Assembly: GCF_009914755.1 (NCBI RefSeq)
Contig: NC_060939.1
Source of the DNA: the human T2T-CHM13v2.0 reference genome, Homo sapiens
Strand: one strand, 5' to 3'
DNA: 64,000 nucleotides
Shown here: positions 12,534-25,559 of the stretch, piece after piece
Layout of the letters: each line of letters starts with the position of its first letter
Position numbering within the stretch: position 1 is the stretch's first letter
Program-made: the position numbers and the translations under genes
Notes under the pieces: model-generated
The model's input: only the letters and a program-made list of their open reading frames with translations
What the model was told of the DNA's origin: nothing
The model's database searches: none

Positions 12534-12636
12534 ATCATAAAGGAAAAGACAAAATTATTATTTCCAAATGCTGTGATTGTATAACTGGAAAACCCAACAA
12601 ATAAACTGAAAAAACACTATTAGAAACAGTAGGAGA

Positions 12637-12950
12637 GGCCAGGCACAGTGGCTCATGCCTGTATTCCCAGCATTTTGGGAGGTCAAGGCAAGTGAATCAC
12701 TGGAGGCCAGGAGTTTGAGAACAGCCTGGCCAACATAGCGAAACCCCATCTCTACTAAAAATACAACAACAACAAAAGTTAGCCAGGCATGGTGGCATGT
12801 GCCTGTAGTCCCAGCTACTTAGGCGGCTGAGGCACAAGAATCGCTTGAGCCTGGGAGGTGGAGGTAGTGGTGAGCCGAGACCTCACTACTGCACTCCAGC
12901 CTGAGTGACAGAGTGAAACTGTCTCAAACAAACAAACAAACAAACAAACA
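12637..12950 (+). mobile_element. Full-length Alu (S/J) with (CAAA)n tail
   Basis: Dimeric Alu; TSD AAACAGTAGGAGA (12624-12636) / AAACAGTAAGAGA (12951-12963). Confidence 0.97.
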
Positions 12951-13481
12951 AAACAGTAAGAGAATTCAGGCTTCTGGTTCCCAAATCAATGTGCAACATT
13001 GATAATGTTCCTAAATAACACTTTACTAGTTAATACGACGGTATAGAAACGTGTGAAAAGATATCCAATTTCATTCATATTTAATAAGATCAAATGAAAA
13101 CAAGGACTCCTTTTCACTTATCAAGTTGATTAGGTTAAAAACCGACAGTATATAGAATTTAAACAGAACCAGACATTCTTATAAAATGTTAATGAGTCTG
13201 CAAAATTGGTGCAACTTCTTTGGTAGGCAATTAAACATTATCTAGCATCATAAAAAGTACAGGCACCCTTTGACTCAGGAACTTATTCAACAGATTGCTT
13301 TCATGTGCACAAAGATATATATACAAGGGTGTTTATTGTAGCATAGTTTGAAACAGCAAAAGACTTGTAAAATGGGAAATGTCCAGCAAAAGGGGAATGA
13401 GTAAAGGCATTTGGAATAGACTCCTATATGGCTGTTTAAAGGAATGAAGTAAATCTATATGTGCAGATATGGAACAATCTC

Positions 13482-13845
13482 TGTTTTAGTCCCTTTGGGC
13501 CACTATAACAAAATATCTGAGATGGGGGAATTAATAAACAGCAGAAATTTATCGCTCACAGTTCCAGAGGCTGGGAAGTCCAATATCAAGAGGCCAGCAA
13601 GTTCAGTGTCTGTTGAGGGCCTGTTCCTCAGAGATGGTGCTTTCTTTGTGTCCTCATACGGCTGGAAAGGTGAAAGGGCTAACAAGCTCCCTCAGGACTC
13701 TTTTTTAAGGGCACTAGCCTCATTCATGAGGGCTCCACCCCATGACCCAATCACCTCCCGAAGCCTTGCGTCTTAACACTGTCACCTTGGAGGTTAGGTT
13801 TCAACATCTAAACTTTGGGGCAGACACAAAGATTCAGACTCCGCA
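13482..13845 (-). mobile_element. Solo MaLR LTR (MLT1A/MSTD-like)
   Basis: TG...CA termini and MLT1A-type motifs; TSD ATCTC/ATCCC. Confidence 0.88.
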
Positions 13846-14099
13846 ATCCCCAGTATAGATATTATGAAAAAAGCCACAAGACGTGGAGTAATGCCTGTAA
13901 TATATTGCTATTTGTGTCAGGAAAAAAGATGTATATTAACAATAATTTCTGAAAGGATAAAACAAAATAAGTGAAGACCTGTCAAAAGGTGTCCAGAAGC
14001 CCAGAGAGGAGGGAAGGCTTGCTTTTCATGATGTTACCTTGGACATGCATCACTTTTCTGGTTAAAAAGGCCAGTATAAGCATGTGAATGGATCCAATA

Positions 14100-14260
14100 T
14101 TCATTATTCATTCACTCATTTATTCATACAGCATATATTGAGCCTCCTTGCCCTCCCCCTCCACACTTCTGTATCAGGTACCATGCTAGACCTGGAGGAT
14201 AGAGCAGAGAACAAGACATGCCTGTTCCAGTACCTTCCTTCATAAAAGTTTAGCAGTCTA
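14100..14260 (-). mobile_element. L2 3' end
   Basis: TTCATTCACTCATTTATTCA tail followed by typical antisense L2 3' sequence. Confidence 0.7.
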
Positions 14261-14261
14261 G

Positions 14262-14401
14262 ACTAGGGCTTTTCTACTCCAAGTGTGGTTTGTGGACCAG
14301 CAGCATCCACATCACCTGAGAGCTTGCAAGTCAGATTCCGCATTTTAACAAAGTCCCCAGGGGATTCATTTGCACAGTGTGATTTGAAATCTCCATTCTA
14401 G
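14262..14401. mobile_element. MER5A-like hAT MITE
   Basis: AAGTGTGGTTTGTGGACCAGCAGCATC...CACCTGAGAGCTTG...CATTTTAACAAAGTCCCCAGG. Confidence 0.8.
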
Positions 14402-14625
14402 GGATCATCCTCAAATAACTCTAGTCTCGCTGGTTCAGATATGGTTTCTGGCCTAGAAGAGAGAGAGAGCACAGCTTTAGCTAGTTGGGAACATGCTGAA
14501 TATACTCACAGGAGCATTGGGGGGAAGGAGGTTAAATACCTGCAGTCCAAATTGTGCTATAACTTTACACTAATTTTTCTCCTGCTTTTTCTCTCAGGAG
14601 TTAACAACTAAATAGCTTTGCTATG

Positions 14626-14643
14626 CTGTTGCTATAGCAACAG
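14626..14643. promoter_or_regulatory. RFX X-box-like perfect palindrome CTGTTGCTATAGCAACAG
   Basis: Core GTTGCTATAGCAAC matches the RFX consensus GTTGCCATGGCAAC at 12/14 positions with symmetry kept; lies outside recognisable repeats. Confidence 0.65.
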
Positions 14644-15614
14644 GGTTCAGTAGCGCTTTGACTGTTTCCTATTGCCAGAGCCTCGCGACTAGTCTCTCTG
14701 CCTCCAACCGAGCCTGTTTTCAGTTAATCAAAGTTGAAATCAAACATGTGGCGATTGGGACAATCACAGTCCCTGGATGATACAGCTGGTATAATAACCG
14801 CCTAACTTTGCCTTAATTTAGGACTGTTTAGGATTATGTGCAACTGATTCCTGAAATCTGACCGTAGTCACCCCTTGCCACGGAGAGAAAAATAACTTCT
14901 TTGACAGTTGCATATTTTTCAATTTCTAATTTCTATAGGTTTTTTTTGCTGTATAAATATAGTAAAAAATTAGGAAATGCAAATGAATGAAGAATATACA
15001 ATCTAAGTTCACACATATCTGTTGTTTTTTTGTGACTGCACATTAAGCCACTGTTGGGTAAAATGGGACAGTGTGTGTGTGAATCACCTGGTGCTGAGCC
15101 CAGCACATAGTGGGTCTATAGGCATGAGCATTTCATCCTTCCTTCTCCAGGTGACAAGGTCTCGGGCATACGCCTTCCCTTGCCATTCCCCAGTGACTGC
15201 TACCAAACCCAGGCATTCAGATCTACTGTGGATCCACAGCATCTCTGGCATTCCGAAGCATCTTCATATAGGTGTTTCCTGTGTAGACACAAAGCGACAA
15301 CTGTCTTTGTCCAAAGGACAGTGCCTAGAAATGCAAGTACTAGGCACCCCATAAAGGGTAGCCCAGTTCCTGTTGACTGGTTGTGCCTCAATTCTTCAGG
15401 GGCCTCCTCTTTAGCTACTTCTTCTCTTCTGTTTATTTTGAAACAAATCCAGAGAATTTGGAGACAAGGAGATCATGTGGACCAGTTTCCTGACCTCTGA
15501 TAAGGCTTATGCATTTTATGGATGTGATAACTGTGATCCAAAGAAGTTACATGAGGTCATACAGCAAATTGATGGCAGAGGGGAATGAGTTCTCCTGGTT
15601 TATCCACTACAACA

Positions 15615-15835
15615 TTATTTTTAAATTTAATGTTTTGTTGGGTTATAACATATTGCAGTGAAGTGTGCACATCTTACAAGTATAGCTCAGTGAAGCTTCG
15701 TATATGTGTACACCATGTAACCACCACCACCATCAAGGCAGAACTTGGCCAGCACCCCAGCAGGTTCTCTGATGCACCTCCCAGTTAACATCTTTGCCAA
15801 AGTCAAGTGCTATAATCCTAGATTAGTTTCACCTA
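15615..15835 (-). mobile_element. Old L1M (L1MC/MD/ME) 3' end fragment
   Basis: AAGTGTGCACATCTTACAAGTATAGCTCAGTGAA...ACACCATGTAACCACCACCACCATCAAG. Confidence 0.7.
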
Positions 15836-16084
15836 CAATCTATGGCTCTGAGGATCAGCTACTGCTACTGCCATCTTACACATGAGCAATTTGTGACCTT
15901 CATTAAGTGGCAAAGGCTACATAACAACAATAACATCTAATATGGGTGGACTGCTACCTCTGTGCCAGGCACTGTGCATGTGTGTATCTCATTTAACGCT
16001 GACAGCTCCATGAGGCAAACACTGTTACCACCTGATAACTCTCTCCTCTTTCTCTCCCCTCATCTCTCTGTCTCCCCTCCTCTC

Positions 16085-16742
16085 TATCTTATCTATCAGG
16101 ATTTATCATAGAAGTTTGACCTTCACAATGTGGGGGCTGGTTAAGCAATCTCTGTGAGGCAGGTTCATTGCATCTAATGTGGAACCTTGAATTCCACAGG
16201 GCAGGCAGCTGGGAAGGGAGATGAATGAGCAGGAGAGAGCAAGAACCAGCTGGATCCCATGAGCACAAACTGGAACAAGGGGACCAACTCTCCTGTATTT
16301 CCAGGACTGAAGGGGTTTCCAGAGATTCAAGACTTTCAGTTTTAAAATTGGGAAAGACCCAGGCAAACTAGGGGGAGGTGGAAACCACGAGGACAGCCTG
16401 CGAGCCACATCAGTTCTTGCACCTCCAGCCTTGGCAGTTTGGGCATCCTTAGGGGAGGCTGGTGCCCTGTCATAGAGCTGAATACACAGGCCTGACTCAG
16501 AGGTTGAAGAGGCTGAACAGAGATCTCAGGGAAGGTAGAAAAGTCGCAGGCCCCACACCAAAGACGTAGGCCAGCAGGTAAGCAACAAGCTGTGTGAGCT
16601 ACAAAATGGCTGCCAGCTTCACTTCCGCCCTGCAAAGCTGTTGCCCGAAGGTTTCCTGTAAGCCATCCTAGCCAGAAATACACAGGGAGGGGAATTCTGT
16701 AAAATGGAGCTCAGCCTAGCCAACTGAACAGATTACGAAGCC
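16085..16742 (-). mobile_element. Old ERVL LTR (MLT2-like) inserted in a MIR, containing a MER81-like hAT MITE at ~16278-16378
   Basis: GACCTTCACAATGTGGGGGCTGG is an MLT2-type motif; MIR halves lie at ~15925-16030 and ~16745-16860; GGGGACCAAC...GGACTGAAGGGGTTTCC...GACTTTCAGTTTTAAAA resembles MER81. Confidence 0.55.
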
Positions 16743-18175
16743 ACCCCTCCTTTACAGATGTGGAAACAGCCTCAGAGAGGCTAATTAACACACCCAGACC
16801 CACACAGCTAGCAAGGGACTCTAGCTGTAGAGTCTCATCCTAACCCAGGCTCTATTTCACATGCTCTGGGAGGTCAGTGATACCAACAGCTGGGCAAAGT
16901 TCCAGGACAAAGTTTAGGGCAGGTTCCCAGGCACAGAAGCAAGTGGAGTTGAGGCCATTAAAAGCAGGGGTCTGGTATTGCATTGGCCAAGCTGTATAAT
17001 GTCCCGCAAGTTAGTGAACCTCTGCAAGCCTGAGTTTTCCACTATGTGAAATGAGTTCATCATAGTCCCTATCTCACAGGGGTTTTAGTGAGGTTGAAGG
17101 GAGATGACCCAAGGATTCAGAGAGCCCAGTTGCAACCTGTAATTCAAGAGCTGTGTAAAAGCTCTTAGGACTGGATGACAGAGCAGGAGCTATCATTGCC
17201 TAACCCTAGGAGACTCCCCTCAGCTCCAAAGTACAGAAGAAGAGTAGGACAGAGACCCGAGGCCCCCCTGCATAGAGCTAGTTGGGACTAGGCCCAGCTC
17301 AGGCTGTGGAGTGAGGCATTAGGAGGGCTGCAGAGGCAGATACTGATGGAGTCAGTGGGGTGGAGGGGTGGGGGGGCACCTGTAAGGCCTTTGAAACTGA
17401 GAGCTCCCTGAAGGTTTCACCTGTACCCACTTCCCCCAGCTGAACAGCAGCCTTTCAGAGGAGGTGGGTAAGGTGTGCTTCCTGCCACCCTGGCAGCTCC
17501 AGGTGAGTCAGCGGGACTCCCGGGCTGCAGGACAGCCCAGGTGGAGTGGGAGGAATGAAGCAGAGCCCTCGCAGCCTGCTTTGCCGCAGGCAGTGGGGGC
17601 AAATGCACCAGTTTCCCAGAGTTTGGTGCTAAATTTAGAACCCATCGTCCTAGTGAGCTCAATCACTGTTTAGTCAGAAGCGAAATCCAGGGCTGATGAA
17701 ACTCACCTGCCTGTCACTGCCCGGCTGGCATGTGCCACCACCCATGGAGGGTGGCATAGGAAGCTGACAGCATCCAAGTCTGTGCCTCTGACCCTTGCCA
17801 CTCCTGCTCTGCCCCAAGGCCAGGCTGTGCGACCACCAGGGCAGGTCCCTGACCCTGGCCCTTGGGACCAGAGAGCCTCACACGGTTCTGCTGCCTTGGA
17901 CCTGCTGACTAGCCGCGTTCTCCTAGCTAGGCTAAATCTCCAGCTGTTCTTCTGAAAGCTTCTGCTGCATTCTGAATTTAACACTGGGAGAAATGGATTC
18001 AGCACCAAGGTTGTGAGGCCCCAGGGATCTTGCCTATTGGCTTTCAGGGATCAGTTATTTCCCAAGGCCAGGGCAGAGGGCTGGCTCAATGGAAGTCAGG
18101 CTTGGGGACTGAGTGAGTACTTATTGTATGCCAAGCCCTGTGCGAGGCCTGTAAATGCAGGAGCTGGCAATCCAC

Positions 18176-18400
18176 AGCAGTATTTTAAAACTGGGAATCC
18201 CACCCCATCACAAAATCAATTTAGTGGATCATGACCAGCATATAAGAAAATGAAACAAAATAGAGAAGATCAGAGGGACTGAAAGTAGAAAGGGTAGATA
18301 TTATTTTCTGAAAATGTATGTGTGTAGGTGAGTACTAGATTGTAATATACAATGTATTTGTTAATAAGGGCCAAAGTCTAGAAGAGTTTAAGAAACCCTG
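18176..18400. mobile_element. hAT-Charlie MITE (MER112/113-like)
   Basis: CAG...TTTTAAAACTG and AGTTTAAGAAACCCTG termini; internal AAATCAATTTAGTGGATCATGACCAGCA. Confidence 0.65.
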
Positions 18401-19032
18401 GCCCAGAGTGGGAGGGAAGTATCCCAACACAATGTAATTGTAGGTGTGGAAAGAGAAGAGACCTGGATTTAAATCCTGGATCCACAGCTAGCCATGTGAT
18501 CCTGGTCTAGACAGTATCTCTGTCTATTCTCACTGACTGCTTTTATTTTTAAGGATGATAATGCCTTCTACAAAGAGTTCTTAATGAAAGCTAGAGCTGA
18601 GGCATGCCCAGGTGCTAGCGCAGTGCCTGGTACCCTGTTAGGTGTTCAGGCCATGGAAGCTATTTACGTTGTTATAAGCACTGCAAGAGACCTGGAGGCA
18701 AGGGAGGGATTAACTCCTGGGGGGCTGGCAGAGACTTCACGGAAGAGCTGACCACTGAACTGAGGCTCAGACAATGCATAAGGGCATGCGAAGAAGAGTG
18801 AAGGGGATGGGGCAGTCTGGGAGGGGGAGCCATCATCTCTCAAGGTGGGGAGTGCAAAAGGGTCTTGTTTTCAGGGAGCAGCTGCACGGTTGGGCTGGTG
18901 GGAGTGTAGAGTGAGTAGGAAGCAGGGCATGGCAGGCAATGGGCCTGGGTTGTCATGTTGGGGCCCTTTGAAGGTGAAGGTCTTTGTATGACACACGGGA
19001 GAGATTGAGCACTGTCCTGGGGGTGCAGGGAC

Positions 19033-19380
19033 TGCTATGGCTTGAGTGTGTCCCCCCCAAAATTCAGGTGTTAAAACTTAGTGGTCAATGTGATGGTATC
19101 AAGAACTGGGGTCATTAAGAGGTGATTAGGCCATGAAGGTTCCTGTGTTGTGAATGGGATTCAGACCCTTATAAAAAAGGCCCCACGCAGCATTCATTCA
19201 CTTGATCTCCTGCCTCCTGCCGTGTGAAGAGGCGTCAAGAAGGCCCTTACCAAACACTAGACGCCGATGCCTTGATTTTGGGCTTTGCAGACTCCAGAGC
19301 TGTGGGCGATCAATTTCTGTTCTTTATAAATTACCCAGTCTCAGGTATTCTGTTATAGCAGCACAGAATGGACAAAGACA
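19033..19380 (+). mobile_element. Solo MaLR LTR (MSTC/MSTD-like)
   Basis: TGCTATGG...TAAATTACCCAGTCTCAGGTATTCTGTTATAGCAGCAC...GACA; TSD GGGAC/GGTAC. Confidence 0.9.
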
Positions 19381-20390
19381 GGTACCCATGAGGGGAGGGG
19401 GGTAATCAGATTTGTCTTGGGGTTTAGCTTCTCATTCCGTAATGCTTTTTTCCCCATAATTAGTTTTTTTTAAAATTTTATTTTATTTTAGGTTCTGGAG
19501 TACATGCGCAGGATATGCAGGCCTGTTCCCATAGTTTTTTAAAAAAATCTCTCCACCTGAAAGTGCCTTCCAGTGTCTTAACTTCATGAGAGGTCCCCTC
19601 ATTGGCTGGGCCATTAAATTCAGCCCTTTAGGGAGGAGACCTGGGTTTGTTTGGCATGGACTATCTGAGCCCAATAGTGAACTCACCATCACATCATTGG
19701 AGGAGTGCAAGCAGAAGCTGATATATCTCTGGGGGGATATGATGGAGAAGTAGTTAAGCACTGAAAGACACATGTGGAGCGAATGACTTTGGAGGGCCTG
19801 TCAGCTCCGGATCTGATGCTGCTGCCTTATGTGGCAGGAGAGGGGAGTCCTAAGGGTGTCCCAGAAATAGTTTTTCTCTTCCCATATGGTGGGGTGAGGA
19901 GAGGAGGCCTGAGTGCCTGGATCAGCTGCTGAAGAGTCTCTTAAATACGGTAGAGAAGGGGGCTCTGAGCTTTGAGCACAGGACATTCCCAGGCCTCTCT
20001 GCAGAGTTGCCAGAAGGAAGTCAGTGAAGGGTTGTCTTCCCATGGGAGTGAGAGGCCCCATCCAAGGAGTCCGAGACCCCTTGAGTCACTGCATGGTGGC
20101 TGCACTGAAATGCTGACTGCATGACCTGGAGTTATTGAGCAACGAGCAGCCACATGGAGAGGAAGAAAAGGGACTTTCAGTCCCACAGGCTTGGGTTTGA
20201 ATCTGCCTCTTCATTCATGAGCCAAGTGGCCTCAGGCAATCCAAAACTCTCTGGGTCTGAGGTTACACATGTACCAAGTGGGAATTCACAACACTAATCT
20301 AGCAGGACTATAGCCCAGAGACATGTAACAGTCAATACATAGTAGCTATGATGATGACACTCGTGACACATTAAGGTACGTGTTACTCTT

Positions 20391-20709
<319 letters not shown>

Positions 20710-21542
20710 TAAGGCACATGTTACTCTTGTAAGTCTAGTATGAAATGCGTAGGCCCGGAGCTACCCAAGGAACTTCTGTCACAAAACTTTAATTACAAAG
20801 GGGCCTGGGAGAAAATGCATGACTGATCTTCTGAGTAGGGACCTTGGAAATGACAGGTGTGGCCAGAGGAGACAGGAGGTCATGGTGGGTTCAACCAGAT
20901 TGGCCTTGCTTGGAGGACCCCTAAGGGTGCTGGTCAAAAGAAGCTCTCATTTCTTAGTGTGGGGAAAACTCTGACCCAGGGTAAGAAACCCCAGTAGTAA
21001 GAGGGCTCCCAGGACAAAGATGGTGCTTTGGAGGGGATTGGCCAAAAAGAACTTGGAGTGTCTGAAGACCCCTCCCCTCCCCAGTCTCAGTAGGCCCTAG
21101 ATGCCTGTCACCTTCACAGTGAGCATCTCCCATAGCCAACTGGAGGCTGGTGGTAGCAGTGGGGAACACTGACAGCTCAGCAGCCCGTGTGTGTTACTGG
21201 TTGTCTATATCTTTCCTTCGCAATCCTTAGCACAACACACATTAGGTTTTGCATTTTTCTCAATGTTGGCTCTTGCCTTGAGCTTTTTAACTGGACCTCT
21301 CCACCCTGATTCCTCAGAGGAGCAGGGGACAGACAGGATTAGTTCAGAATGCGCCTCCAAAACCTTGAGTTCGGAGGCAGGAGGGGAGAGAGACAAGTCT
21401 GGGAACACATATAGCCTATTTATATTATTTTCTGCTGCCACTTTACTGCCAAATATGGTCCTTGGTATATAGGAATTGCACAAAAAATATCCATTAAGAA
21501 AAACATGTAAGCACACAGAGTTTTTTCCTCAAAAATCCTATC

Positions 21543-22121
21543 TGCAGCAAACAGACTCTAAGGTGTTCCCCAGCAATCTCCACCTCCTGGTGTTTGCACT
21601 TTGTGTAATCCCTGTCCTTGAATGTGAGTGGAAACTGCAACTTGCTTCTCACCAATGGAGTGTGGCAAAGGTGATGAGACCTCACTCTGTGATTATGTTT
21701 TGTCATGTAAGACTTCATCTTAGCAGACGGGGGGAGAGATGCCCTTTTTGGGTTTGATGAAGTGAGCAGCCATGCTGGAGAGTCCCACATGGCAGGGAAG
21801 TGCAAGAAGCCTCTAGACTCTAAGAGAGGTGTCCTGTCAGTAGCCAGCAAAGAGCCAGGACCCTCAGCCATGTAGCTGCATGGAAATGAATTCTGCCAAC
21901 AACCTGAACAACCTTGAATTGAATTCTTCCTCAATCAAACTTCCAGAGGAGACTGCAGCCCAGCTGATACATTGATTGTACCCTTGATTGACCCTGAGCA
22001 CATGACCCAGCTAGGCTGTGTCTGGACTTCTGACCCATGGAAACTGTGAAATGATAAATATGTGTTGTTTTAAACTGCTAAGTTTGTGATAACTCATTAT
22101 GAAGCATAGAGAACTAATACA
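21543..22121 (+). mobile_element. Solo MLT1E/F-like LTR
   Basis: GGAAATGAATTCTGCCAACAACCTGAA and TGTGTTGTTTTAAACTGCTAAGTTTGTG...AACTAATACA; TSD CTATC/ATATC. Confidence 0.9.
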
Positions 22122-22194
22122 ATATCCATTTCTAACACTCTAAACCAGCACATGCTAATTAAAGTTTTTATCCTTTCAGTATGCTTTTCATTTC

Positions 22195-23170
22195 AATTTT
22201 GTTTTGTATCTAATTTATTCAGAGATAATAAATTCATATGGTACCAAAATTTAAAACTATGAAAGCATTTATAGTAAAAAGTCTTCTCTTGTTTTCCTGT
22301 TCCCAGTTACTCAGTTTCCTTCCCCAGGGGCAACTTGTGTAACCAGTTTCTCGTTTATCCTTCCAGGGATGTTCCACACTTGTATGTGCAATTACCACTA
22401 AATAAATACACTAATTTTGCATGAATGGCACTATACTATATATATACTGCACTTTGTTTTTCAGTTAATATTTCTTAAAGATTATTCTGTATCAGTCCAA
22501 TCAAAGTTCTTGATTTTTAAGATGACATGTCATAATTTAATAACCAGTCTGCAATTCATAGACTTTTAGGTAGTGTTCAATGTTTTGTTTTTACAAACAA
22601 TATTGTCACATAGTTTGTACATTTGTAATATGGTACAAGTGCAAGTATTTCTAGACAAGAAATTTCTAGAAGTGGAATTTCAGGGTGAAAGGACATATAT
22701 CTTTATAATAATGATAGATATTGCTTCTGTTCCATAAAATTCATAATAGTTCATTCTTCTGCCACAATGTGTGAGAATCCCTGTTTCTCTTACACCTCAC
22801 AAAGACAGGTTCAATCTTTTTGCTTCTTGATAAACTGTCAGGCGGAAAATGATTTATCAGTGCATTTAATTTGCAGCTGAGTATATTTTCATAGGTTCAA
22901 CAAATATATGTATTTCTTTTCTGAATTCTGTTCATTTCCTTTACCACTTTCTTATTTGTTTGTTGGTCTTTTTTCTTTTTTAAAGATTGATATGTAGAGC
23001 TCTTTATTATCTATTTAATTAGATAGTTTAGATAATGAGAGCTAATTATCTATTAGGATAATTAGCCCTTCGTAATATTATTTGCAAATACTGTATTTTC
23101 CTAGGTTGCATTTTGATTTTATTCATTATGGTCTTTGCAATGTTTATTTCTAAAAATTTAAATTTATTAG
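22195..23170 (-). mobile_element. Old L1ME-like 3' fragment
   Basis: T-rich degenerate antisense L1 motifs (TTCTAGAAGTGGAATT, GCATTTAATTTGCA, TTTGCAAATA). Confidence 0.75.
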
Positions 23171-23438
23171 TCTTTTCCTTTTTTATCTTCTTTTTCTCTC
23201 TCTATTCTCTCTCCTTCCTTCTCTCTCCCTCCCTTCCTTCTTTCCTCTCTTCCCCTCTCTCCTCCCTACTTTCCTCTTTCCCCCTTTCTCCTCTCTCCTT
23301 CCTTACTTCCTTCTCTTCTTTCCTTCCTTCCTTCCTTCCTTCCTTCCTTCCTTCCTTCCTTCCTTCTTTCCTTCCTTCCTTCCTTTTCTCTCTCTCCTTC
23401 CTTCCTTCCTTTTCTCTCTCTCTCTCTTTCTCTTTCTC
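23170..23438. repeat. Polypyrimidine low-complexity tract with (TTCC)n core
   Basis: Read directly from the sequence. Confidence 0.95.
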
Positions 23439-24379
23439 AGCTTCTGGGTTTAAGTAATATTTGAAAAGTCCTTCCCTAGTCTGATATAATAATATAAACA
23501 TCCAATTATGATGCTTTAAAAATATCAGTTAAATAGAGTACAAGGAAGTTGATCCCTTTGAGACTGACCAATAAAAGGACTTCTGGTATGAACCACAGAG
23601 AAAGACGAAATTTCAACTTTTCAAGCCAGAAAATGGAGGCAGATGCAGTTTCTCCTGGGCAAAGACTGAACGAATGCAGCAATTAAGGAGACCCCAACTC
23701 AGATTGGCCTGATGCCGGGTCCTGGTGCCCAACTGTGTCCTAGCTCCAGGCTGTGTCACCCCGAGGGCCTGAGACCCATGCCAACAAGCCAATTTCCCTC
23801 ACCTGTAAAATGGGAATGCCATTACCTGTCCCACCTTGCCTGCCTTGCAAAAGTTGCTGTGAGGGACCAATGAGGCCAGTGAGAATGGAAAAGCCTTGAC
23901 AACTGTCAAGTTTTGTACACATGCACGTTGCCCTTCCCAGTGAGCCAGAGTAAATATGTCCAGCCCAATCAATACCAATGCCTACACCATCCTCAAAATT
24001 ACCCTGGTTGGAAAACTCCAAGTCATTTTTTGCCCCTTCTTCCCGTATCCTCCATATCTAGGGAGTTGCCACAATTCACTGATTCTAATGCTAATATTTT
24101 TCTTGCGTCTGTCTTCTCTTTTCTACTTTCACCACCACTGCCATTGTTCTGCATCCATCTTTTCTTGGTTGGACCATTGCAGAAATGTCCTCAGTGTCCG
24201 TCTGCCACTGGTCCTTTGCTTTCCCAAATCTTCTGCTCCCAGGCCCAGGCCTGGGCCTGTCCTTGAAGAGGGACTGGCCATAACTGGTTGGAGCCAGTTA
24301 AGTATGAATATCTAGGCAGACCAGCTGATCGTTTGTCTCCTCAGCAGCCAGCCCAGTTTAGTTCAGTATCAGGTGAATA

Positions 24380-24975
24380 AGACCCTGCTCTAGCCCAAGG
24401 CGGTGTGACTCTATTATTTTAAGCTAATCATGGGAGTTCCATTCCCCTTGCCAGTGACTGGCATAGGAATGGACGTGGGGCACAATTCTGGCCAAGGAGA
24501 TGTGATGTGAAGACTATCAGGGGAATTCTGGGAAATATTTTTCTTGTTTTTTTTTTTTTTCCATATTTTTAGAAATGGGGGTCTTGCTGTGTTGCCCAGA
24601 CTAACCTGAAACTTCTGGGCTCAAGTGATTCTCCTGCCTCAGTCTCCCAAGTAGCTGGGATGACAGGAATGAGCCACTGCACCCAGCATTTTGGGAAAGA
24701 TTATCTGGCTCTGAAGTAATTTCATACTGCTGCTTCCTGTTGGTCTGCATGTGATGCCTGAAACTGTGAACATTTTGAGACCATGTAGGGGAAATGAGGC
24801 TTCTTAATCTGATGATGGTAGAAAGGGCAAATGGAAAGAACCCTAATAATGCTGACCTGCGGAACCGATCAAACCTGGAATTGCCCTGCTCTGGGCTTCT
24901 TACAGGGCAGAATCAATGTGTGGAATGCTGTGCTGGGTTTCTGTTACTTGCAGCTGTGAGTAGTCCTATAGCTGA
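24380..24975 (+). mobile_element. MLT1J/K-like LTR containing an antisense FLAM-type Alu monomer at ~24545-24688
   Basis: TTCCCCTTGCCAGTGACTGG...CAATTCTGGCCAAGGAGA and GGGTTTCTGTTACTTGCAGCTG; the monomer is flanked by TTCTGGGAAATATT/TTTTGGGAAAGATT. Confidence 0.75.
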
Positions 24976-25241
24976 AAATACTACTACCACATCTATGGAC
25001 ATAACAGGGCATCCTGACTGGAGCAGAGCTGCCATGTGCGTACATCTGGCATGGAGGACACCTTGTTCTCCAGGGATCTGGTTGCTTGTGTTAATATGTG
25101 TGAGGCTTTTGTTTTGGTCTAGGGAAGGAGGGAGGGTTAGGGGTATATGCAAAGATGGGGAAATGAGGAGAATGGGGGGATGTCAGTGATTGTCCTTTCT
25201 TCCCCGCAAGACCGTTACCATTGGTCTGCCCTGAGGATCAA

Positions 25242-25559
25242 TGATTAGTCTGTTCTCATGCTGCTATAAAGAACTACCTGAGACTGGGTAATTTATGAAG
25301 AAAAGAGGTTTAATTGACTTACAGTTCTGCAGGCTGTACAGGAAGCACGGCTGGGGAGGTCGCAGGAAACTTACAGTCATGGTGGGAGGCAAAGGAGAAG
25401 CAGGCGAGTCTCACATGGCTGAGCAGAAGGAAGAGAGAGAGCGAAGGGGGTATTGATGTACACTTTCAAACAACCAGATCTCGTGAGAACTCTATCAGGA
25501 GATAGCACTAGAAGGTTTGACAAGAGATTTGGGTGGAGACACAGAGACAAACCATGTGA
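25242..25559 (-). mobile_element. Solo MSTA-like LTR with internal deletion
   Basis: CTGCTATAAAGAACTACCTGAGACTGGGTAATTTATGAAGAAAAGAGG; TSD ATCAA/ATCAG. Confidence 0.9.

Larger units (their letters stand above)
10530..13480 (+). mobile_element. Old, fragmented L1M (L1ME-like) ORF2/3' region hosting younger insertions
   Basis: A-rich degenerate ORF2 motifs at ~10560-10680, 11260-11395, 11945-12093, 12535-12636 and 13200-13480. Confidence 0.7.

Noticed and set aside
21205-21516. ORF segment KLKARANI resembling a mariner transposase N-terminus
   Set aside because: Similarity is limited to ~20 nt, with no terminal inverted repeats or further homology.
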